Positions 9,966 to 16,296 of a stretch of 42,779 nucleotides of DNA are shown here, in pieces. Made by a program: the position numbers and the translations under genes. The stretch comes from a virus. Its lineage: Duplodnaviria; Caudoviricetes. Within the stretch, counting starts at the first letter, position 1; each line of letters opens with the position of its first letter. Below the pieces are notes generated by a model that saw nothing but the letters and a program-made list of their open reading frames with translations, was not told the DNA's origin and searched no databases. Location: positions 1 to 42,779 of IMG/VR virus record IMGVR_UViG_3300011334_000550, one strand, 5' to 3'.

Positions 9966-10829
9966 TTAAAAAGGTGAATTATTTTCTTCTTCTTCAAACA
10001 AAGCGTCAAATTTATCTGCTTTAAATGATTTTGGAGGTGTTTTTAATGTGTAGTTTGATTCTTTTTTAGGAGTAACTTTAACAACTACTTCTTCTTCATC
10101 TTTCCAAGGCAAATCATTTACTGGTGTTTTAACTTCTTCTTCCTCTACTTCATTTGCATCTTCTGGATTTAAAAAGTTTTGAAGAATTTCCTTTAATTTA
10201 TCAAACTCATGTTTACGTTGAAGTTCTAAAATGTCTGGCTGTTCAGCTAACCATGTTTTGATAATTGTTTTATCTGTGCCTAGTACTGATGTTTTAGGTT
10301 TGATGCGAATAGATGATTTTAAGCCTTGACGACCACCAATGTCTCCTGTTACTGTTTCTAAAGTGAAATCACGACCTTCATTTATGTCTGTGTAGTCACC
10401 ATAGTCTTCATCATCTGCAATGCCTAACAGTTGCATGTAAATTTCTTTACCAAATTCCCACAAACGAACGCCTTTGTCTTCTTCTCCACGTACAATAATA
10501 GGAGCAAACACTCTCATTTTTGGTTCAAGTTTTTTACTTAACTTCCAATTTTCTTTGTCGCTTGTTGTGCGAAGTTGTTTTACAAATTCTACAATTGGAT
10601 CTTTGTCTCCCCAATTTGTTAAAGCGTAAATGGGAAATTTTGAAATACCGTAGTGTACAAATACTTCTTTAAATGGGTTTTGTTTGTCTAAAATAGACGG
10701 TACGATTCTGATTTGGAATTTGCCTTCTGTTTTGGGCTTCCACAATGACTTGGTGTAGTCAACTTTTTCTTTGCTTTTTCCTTGCGACTGTAGCGCACTA
10801 AGCTTACTTTTGATTGAGTTTAAATCCAT
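9966..10829 (-). CDS. single-stranded DNA-binding protein (T4 gp32-like)
   Basis: WKP...IRIVP, GVRLWEFGK, D...GRDF, acidic C-terminal tail; next to uvsX. Confidence 0.85.
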   Translation of the reverse strand: MDLNSIKSKLSALQSQGKSKEKVDYTKSLWKPKTEGKFQIRIVPSILDKQNPFKEVFVHYGISKFPIYALTNWGDKDPIVEFVKQLRTTSDKENWKLSKKLEPKMRVFAPIIVRGEEDKGVRLWEFGKEIYMQLLGIADDEDYGDYTDINEGRDFTLETVTGDIGGRQGLKSSIRIKPKTSVLGTDKTIIKTWLAEQPDILELQRKHEFDKLKEILQNFLNPEDANEVEEEEVKTPVNDLPWKDEEEVVVKVTPKKESNYTLKTPPKSFKADKFDALFEEEENNSPF

Positions 10830-10860
10830 CTTGTTTTTATTTATTGATTATTAATTTACT

Positions 10861-10892
10861 TAAATATACTACTTTTTTATTATTAGGCCAAA
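10861..10892 (-). promoter_or_regulatory. Bacteroidota-type -33/-7 promoter
   Basis: TTTG-N20-TATATTTA upstream of the SSB gene. Confidence 0.7.
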
Positions 10893-10977
10893 TTTAGCTT
10901 ATAAAGCTATAAAACATGCCTTTCTTTTTGTAGTGTTGAACTAGTATTACAAATCTGTTTATTATAAATATTAAACT

Positions 10978-11628
10978 TTATTTTCCTTTAACCCAATTAA
11001 GTATTTTTTGTATAAGAGTATCTTTAACTTTATCAGGCCATGGATCACCATTTTTATTAACTATTAAGTTAATGGGTATATTTTTATCTTGAGCAAATTT
11101 AATAATTTCCGCTCTAATAGGTGCAAATGTTCTATAATCATATTCCTCATCAAAATCATATTCACCACTTAAATCTTTTTTATGTGGTTTTTTATATTCA
11201 ACAAGGATATCAACACTTTTTATATAGGTTAAAATTGATATTGTAAATAGTTTATTTGATACAGCTCTTTCTTCTGCTTCAAATTCTTCTTGTTCTTTTT
11301 CAAATCTTCCAGACCCACCGATCTGTGCATATGGTTGAATTTTATATTTATTACTCAATTTATCACCATCAACAGTAAATCTGACTTGAGGTCTTTGTCC
11401 AAATGTTGACACATCAAATCCTATATTATGATTATTGTGAAATCGCTTATCTCTAGTAAATGAAACTGCGTAAATAGGATTGGCTCTTGTACTGTCAGCT
11501 GCTTCTGTGGATTGTAATTGGTTTGATTGTAATATTTTAAATCCATTATTAAATGTAGTATAATGATATATGTCTCCTACCTGTTTTCCTTCAGTGATCT
11601 CTTTCAATAAATCAATCAATTTAATCAT
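10978..11628 (-). CDS. putative internal head protein with ADP-ribosyltransferase-like motifs
   Basis: MIKLIDLLKEITE leader; IYHYT, VSFTR and EAEE in ART-fold order. Confidence 0.55.
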   Translation of the reverse strand: MIKLIDLLKEITEGKQVGDIYHYTTFNNGFKILQSNQLQSTEAADSTRANPIYAVSFTRDKRFHNNHNIGFDVSTFGQRPQVRFTVDGDKLSNKYKIQPYAQIGGSGRFEKEQEEFEAEERAVSNKLFTISILTYIKSVDILVEYKKPHKKDLSGEYDFDEEYDYRTFAPIRAEIIKFAQDKNIPINLIVNKNGDPWPDKVKDTLIQKILNWVKGK

Positions 11629-11642
11629 ACTTATAAATATTA
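11617..11642 (-). repeat. 26-bp direct repeat, copy 1 (stop + ATATTTATA box + start of MIKL leader)
   Basis: Plus-strand caatttaatcatacttataaatatta, identical to 12822-12847. Confidence 0.9.
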
Positions 11643-12833
11643 TGTAAAAATATCTCCACTAATATTGGGGTAAGCTTTTCTTATTAATATTTTATTATTA
11701 TTAAATCTTTTAGCTAAAGGAGTATTGTTTAAACTTACATTTTTTAATTTTAAATTTTTAGGAAGATCTTCTATACCAGTATCTGATAACCATAAATTTC
11801 CTCCTATTTTTATATTGTCTGGGAGGCGTTTAAGATTTGGATTATCTACTAATGAAAGAAGATTTTTAATATCAAGACCATCAGGAAGTGATTTGATATT
11901 TTTATTTATTAAAATTAAACTACCAATATTTAATTCATCTTTAGATAGAGGGATGTTTTTAATTATTTTCTTTTCTATTTGTTTATCTCTATTGTTAGAT
12001 TTTAATGCTGTAAAATTAATTGATCTTTCTTCACCTTCCTCAGTATCATCAGCATATAGATCTGGGGTTAATGAGTATATTCCAGATTTAGGATGATATT
12101 TCTCAACTATTTTATTTATAAAAACTTCAAATGATTTAGGCGCAGTTCCATAAACCACACGTTCAGGATAATATATTATGTCCTTTTTATTTCTTATATT
12201 TATAAAAGGTTTGATAAACATTCTAGCTTGAGGATTACTTATGTTTAAATCATTTGCACCTATTAAATATGCTATTATAGTACCTTGTTCAATATCACAA
12301 TTGATATATCGAGCATTATTACCGGTATATAAATTCATACATGAATCCCAGCCTCTATCTGTAGATGCACCCCCTCTGTCGTATGGACTTTTAGATATTA
12401 CAATTAATTGATTTTTATCTTTAGAAGCTTCTCTATTAACATCATTGTTAAATTTTTGTAATAGTTCGGGATTAAATTTTTGTAGTATTTTTCCTATTTT
12501 AACTTCTCTGTCATATTTATCTATTGCTGTTCCTTTAATGTAATCTTTTACTTTAAAATTATTATCTTGTAGTGCTTTGATTATTTCAGGATTTGATTTA
12601 GACACATTAATTTCTTCGTCTTTTTCATCTTTTTCTCTAATGAATTTAAAATATAATCTGTCTCCAGTTTTATTAGATTTTATATATTCAGATGTATTTT
12701 TTAATTCATTAAAAATTTTATTTTGATATTGAACTACTTTATCAGACTTTTGTATAGAATATAATTCTTTAGCTTTAGATATAGGTAAAGCCTCATTTAT
12801 TATATCTTTTAATAAATCTACCAATTTAATCAT
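11640..12833 (-). CDS. putative internal head protein with WxSCM domain and C-terminal leucine-rich repeats
   Basis: MIKLVDLLKDIINE leader; RGWDSCMNL; LPDGL/LPDNI/LPKNL repeats. Confidence 0.6.
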   Translation of the reverse strand: MIKLVDLLKDIINEALPISKAKELYSIQKSDKVVQYQNKIFNELKNTSEYIKSNKTGDRLYFKFIREKDEKDEEINVSKSNPEIIKALQDNNFKVKDYIKGTAIDKYDREVKIGKILQKFNPELLQKFNNDVNREASKDKNQLIVISKSPYDRGGASTDRGWDSCMNLYTGNNARYINCDIEQGTIIAYLIGANDLNISNPQARMFIKPFINIRNKKDIIYYPERVVYGTAPKSFEVFINKIVEKYHPKSGIYSLTPDLYADDTEEGEERSINFTALKSNNRDKQIEKKIIKNIPLSKDELNIGSLILINKNIKSLPDGLDIKNLLSLVDNPNLKRLPDNIKIGGNLWLSDTGIEDLPKNLKLKNVSLNNTPLAKRFNNNKILIRKAYPNISGDIFT

Positions 12834-12847
12834 ACTTATAAATATTA
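12822..12847 (-). repeat. 26-bp direct repeat, copy 2
   Basis: Identical to 11617-11642. Confidence 0.9.
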
Positions 12848-13303
12848 AAGATCTACTATCTTATAAATTTTTGTGTTTAATTGCTTTACATCTCCATGTT
12901 GAGTTAGCAAAACACAGTTTTTATAGTTTTGCCATTCTATTTTAAAGGTTGGATCAACTTCACCACCATTTAACTTTTTGATTAAATCATTCAATGCGTT
13001 GATTGTGTATAGAGTGTTGCTTTCTTTTTTTCTGTGTACTAATATTGTGTTGGCTGGAATTGAGTTGACGTTGCCTTGCTCTACATTGTATGTTACAACG
13101 TACTCATTTGTGGTTTTAACAAAAAGTACAAATATCTTCTTGTACATTATGTTGTAGGTGGATGATAAATTAACTATCAGTTCATCTATTTCATTTTGTT
13201 GGGTGAATGTAGCAAATAACCTGTTGTTCATAAAATCGTTGTCTGTTGTAAAGTCGTAACGATTATAAATATCAATTTGGGGCTCAAAAGCGATGTTTTC
13301 CAT
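12845..13303 (-). CDS. hypothetical protein (true start may be ATG 13231, MNNRLFATF)
   Basis: ORF directly downstream of polA; an ATATTTATA box at 13264-13272 lies just upstream of the internal ATG. Confidence 0.75.
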   Translation of the reverse strand: MENIAFEPQIDIYNRYDFTTDNDFMNNRLFATFTQQNEIDELIVNLSSTYNIMYKKIFVLFVKTTNEYVVTYNVEQGNVNSIPANTILVHRKKESNTLYTINALNDLIKKLNGGEVDPTFKIEWQNYKNCVLLTQHGDVKQLNTKIYKIVDL

Positions 13304-13306
13304 ATG

Positions 13307-14590
13307 TTAGTGTAACAGAGCCATTGCTCCGTAGTTTTTACCTTTTGTTAGTTTAATTTTTAACTTATATTTGTTGAATACTTGCTTGATGTTTTCAAGT
13401 ATGTTTTCTTCTTGTTTATAGTCTAACAGTATAGAATCGTAAGTGTACAGCACAATTTGCGTTTCTTTACCTTTTAGTATTTTTATAATGTCCCATATTA
13501 TGCAAACATTAGTTGACGTTTCCAAATTTTGAAGCGTATAGTTAAACAACTTTTGTGGATTTATGTCTTTCAAGTCAGTGGTAAATTTGTGTCCTGAAAT
13601 TGGACATTCAACATAGCCATTTGTTGTGTAATTTTCCCACAGTTTGTTTATGTGTTCTTCAATTAGTTGAAAGTAAGGAATGTGTTGATATTTTTTGTAT
13701 ATTCCTCCATATAGTTGTTTGAACATTAAAATCTTTGCTTCATTTACTTCTATGTTTGCCTCTTTTGCAAAGTACTCATATGGTGTGACATTAGCAAAGT
13801 CATATTTTACCAATTGGGCTGCTAATGTTGGGTGATATGAGCTTATGTCTATTTCAACAAAGCAATTGTTTTTAGGAACAAATGCCTTTCTACTGCCATT
13901 GTCTTTGTTTAACGCAGCAAAGTTGACGCCATTGAAGCTGTTGGAAGGTCTTCCTGTTGTGGTGTGTAAATTATATTGAGTATAAACCACATTATTGTGC
14001 ATAAAAAACGCTTCATTGTTGATTTCAAAATGCTTATCGAAAATGTATTTGTCTGTTTTTAAACCATTTTTTTCAATTGAAAAAAACACACTTGTTAGTT
14101 TATTTAAAAACTTTACATTGTTTGGTTTTATGCAAACTTCTTTTACTTTATTGTATATAAGTTCACATTTTTCATAATGTTTTACTGTAGGAATAAGAAT
14201 GTTTACGTTTTTTAAATTTTCATGTTTTTGATAGAAGAAATAATGAGCTGAAGTTGATGGTTCTACACATTCTGGCGAATTAAAGGAAATGTCTATTAAA
14301 TTGGTTAAAGGAAAGTAATATACAAATGATTTTCTATCACGCACATATATTTCACTGTATTGTGCAAGTAAAGCGCTTATAGGCGCTTTATTCAGCGATA
14401 AAACCTCAGTATGATGAAGACATAATAAATATCCTTTATCATTGTTTAACGGTTTTAAATACAGTAAAGATATGTCATTTAATGAAGGGTGACAATTGTC
14501 ACTAAAATAAATGGGTTCAATAAAAACTCTATTATAGTCTTTATTTAATAACTCATTTAGCTGTTCATTTGTTTCTACAATGTAAAACAT
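13307..14590 (-). CDS. compact, divergent family A DNA polymerase
   Basis: TTTGRPSN, motif A EIDISSYHP, motif B AKILMFKQLYG, motif C LYTYDSILLD. Confidence 0.8.
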   Translation of the reverse strand: MFYIVETNEQLNELLNKDYNRVFIEPIYFSDNCHPSLNDISLLYLKPLNNDKGYLLCLHHTEVLSLNKAPISALLAQYSEIYVRDRKSFVYYFPLTNLIDISFNSPECVEPSTSAHYFFYQKHENLKNVNILIPTVKHYEKCELIYNKVKEVCIKPNNVKFLNKLTSVFFSIEKNGLKTDKYIFDKHFEINNEAFFMHNNVVYTQYNLHTTTGRPSNSFNGVNFAALNKDNGSRKAFVPKNNCFVEIDISSYHPTLAAQLVKYDFANVTPYEYFAKEANIEVNEAKILMFKQLYGGIYKKYQHIPYFQLIEEHINKLWENYTTNGYVECPISGHKFTTDLKDINPQKLFNYTLQNLETSTNVCIIWDIIKILKGKETQIVLYTYDSILLDYKQEENILENIKQVFNKYKLKIKLTKGKNYGAMALLH

Positions 14591-14612
14591 AACCTTTTTA
14601 AAATTTATATTC

Positions 14613-14644
14613 TTAAGATACTAAAAATATCTTGGAAGGCCAAG
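14613..14644 (-). promoter_or_regulatory. Bacteroidota-type -33/-7 promoter opening the replication block
   Basis: CTTG-N20-TATCTTAA upstream of polA. Confidence 0.6.
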
Positions 14645-14648
14645 TTTT

Positions 14649-14694
14649 AAAAAAAAGTAAAAGCACCCTAGATAGCGAATCTGTTGGGTGCTTT
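14649..14694 (-). terminator. intrinsic terminator-like hairpin ending the structural gene block
   Basis: AAAGCACCC...GGGTGCTTT stem followed by TACTTTTTTTT. Confidence 0.75.
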
Positions 14695-14731
14695 CATAGC
14701 CGAAGCTATAACGGTCCTAATCCGTATGTCT
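14649..14731 (-). ncRNA. candidate structured RNA antisense to 23S rRNA helix 69 and adjacent nucleotides
   Basis: UUAGGACCGUUAUAG is the perfect complement of 23S 1914-1928; C(UUCG)G hairpin; second hairpin displays UUCGCUA, complementary to 23S 1931-1937. Confidence 0.6.
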
Positions 14732-15370
14732 TTATTCTACTCCAGCATTTATTTTATCTCCTATTTTATTATATGCTTGGACTAAATTTAGTAAATTTTC
14801 ATTGTTTTCTCCATCTAATTTTTTTAATGTAACTAAATCATTTAAAATTAAAAAGAATAAATCCTCAAATTCGTCACTGTGTAGTATATCTTTAGGATAT
14901 TGTTTAGCTATATTCCATATTTTTTGTCCTAATTCTGTGCAAAATTGAACTATACCTTCTAATTTCCACTTTTCAGTAGAAAAGTCCTCCTCAGAGTTGG
15001 TCATTAATATGTTTTTAACATTAAATTTTCTATATTGTAAATATTCTGTTTTTAATTTTTCTAACTCATTTAATACTAATGGAGGCAATTCTTTAGGTAA
15101 GAAAGTTGCTTGAACCATTCCAAATGGTACTTCAATTTCTTTTTTACTGCCTAATAATTTTACTTTGTATGTTTTCTTCTTGTTGTCAATGTCAATAATA
15201 GTTCCAGCACCGTGTTTAATTACTGCTACATTAGAACCAATGTCTATACCTTTTGAAGCATCATTTGGATCAAAATTTTCTATAGAATTTAATAAATCAT
15301 CTAAATAATCTTCTGAAATTATTTTATGAATTTCTTCTTTAATAAGTTGTTTTAACTGTGATTTTTTCAT
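14732..15370 (-). CDS. putative internal head protein with SH3/KOW-like segment (start reassigned to ATG 15370, 212 aa)
   Basis: MKKSQLKQLIKEEIHKIISE leader after an A-rich spacer; IGSNVAVIKHGAGTIIDI; the longer called ORF overlaps the upstream gene. Confidence 0.75.
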   Translation of the reverse strand: MKKSQLKQLIKEEIHKIISEDYLDDLLNSIENFDPNDASKGIDIGSNVAVIKHGAGTIIDIDNKKKTYKVKLLGSKKEIEVPFGMVQATFLPKELPPLVLNELEKLKTEYLQYRKFNVKNILMTNSEEDFSTEKWKLEGIVQFCTELGQKIWNIAKQYPKDILHSDEFEDLFFLILNDLVTLKKLDGENNENLLNLVQAYNKIGDKINAGVE

Positions 15371-15401
15371 TTTTATTATTTTGCAAAATTTAGTGTGTCT
15401 T

Positions 15402-16292
15402 TTAATATCCTCCTCCACCTGACATTCCTCCACCTGTTGATGGTAGTGTGTTTGAAGTAGAAGATGGTTTTGAAGTGTCTTTAAATGATGGAGATGAGTA
15501 AGAAAATACATTAATAGGAGACAAATAAGCATGAGGTTCTAAAACGTGAGTTGCTCCAGCCATGTATCCTTTGTCAGGATGAATGTGATAAAATCCTATG
15601 TACATTTTATTGTCTTGAGTAGTTTTTAATTCATTTCCTTTAGTGTATAAATTGGACGCTTCAGGATATTTATAGTATTTAGTAAAATCCATTTTTAAAA
15701 ATTCTGCTAAATTTTGAATTCTTAATTTATTAGAAATTCTTTCAACAACATTTTGATTGTTTTTAGCAACTTGTTCTCTGTTACCTTTAAGTGTCCATGT
15801 TAAAGTAAAAGGTTGATACAATTGCCAAAGAATTGATGAATCTTTTTTTACTAGTTTATCGTATGTATCTTTATTTATTTCTAAGTAAATAGTTTGGTTT
15901 GTTTTTTTACAAAAATATCTTCTCATTCCTCCATTTGTGTAGTCTAAAGAGTTAGGGGGATTTGGGGATGATGATGGAAGATAAATTATTAAGTTAACAT
16001 CTATGTTTTTTAAATTTATATAATTAGATATTTCTGTTGATGCTTCAGATAAATTAAATTCAACTAAATTATTTTTTTCTAAAATAACATCTTGTCCTTC
16101 ACCTGCTGGTTGAGGAATTAGTAAAATATTAGGTTTATCAGAAGGTGACTTTCCAGTAAATACTTCTCCATTTGAAATTTTATAATAGTATCCTATGTAT
16201 AGTGTTTTATCTGTGGAAAGAACATATATGTCACTTGGTGGATTTCCATTTGTGTATAAATTTGTTTTAATTTGTGATTTTGGATAATACAT
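15402..16292 (-). CDS. hypothetical protein, probably baseplate-associated, with a duplicated NLYTxG domain
   Basis: Follows the hub gene; NLYTNG...YIGYY and NLYTKG...YIGFY repeat. Confidence 0.65.
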   Translation of the reverse strand: MYYPKSQIKTNLYTNGNPPSDIYVLSTDKTLYIGYYYKISNGEVFTGKSPSDKPNILLIPQPAGEGQDVILEKNNLVEFNLSEASTEISNYINLKNIDVNLIIYLPSSSPNPPNSLDYTNGGMRRYFCKKTNQTIYLEINKDTYDKLVKKDSSILWQLYQPFTLTWTLKGNREQVAKNNQNVVERISNKLRIQNLAEFLKMDFTKYYKYPEASNLYTKGNELKTTQDNKMYIGFYHIHPDKGYMAGATHVLEPHAYLSPINVFSYSSPSFKDTSKPSSTSNTLPSTGGGMSGGGGY

Positions 16293-16296
16293 TTTT

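Noticed and set aside
14660-14720. Interpretation as an rRNA gene fragment or an intact I-CeuI site
   Set aside because: The two rRNA-matching segments are in swapped order and interrupted, and no other rRNA sequence is present; the UUCG loop and U-tract favour the antisense strand.
14632-14832. Plus-strand 66-aa ORF across the anti-H69 element
   Set aside because: TTG start, opposite to all genes, overlaps a CDS and a promoter; RNA structure explains the region better.
15371-15532. N-terminal 54 aa of the called 266-aa ORF
   Set aside because: Overlaps the upstream gene; ATG 15370 has an A-rich context and begins the leader motif.
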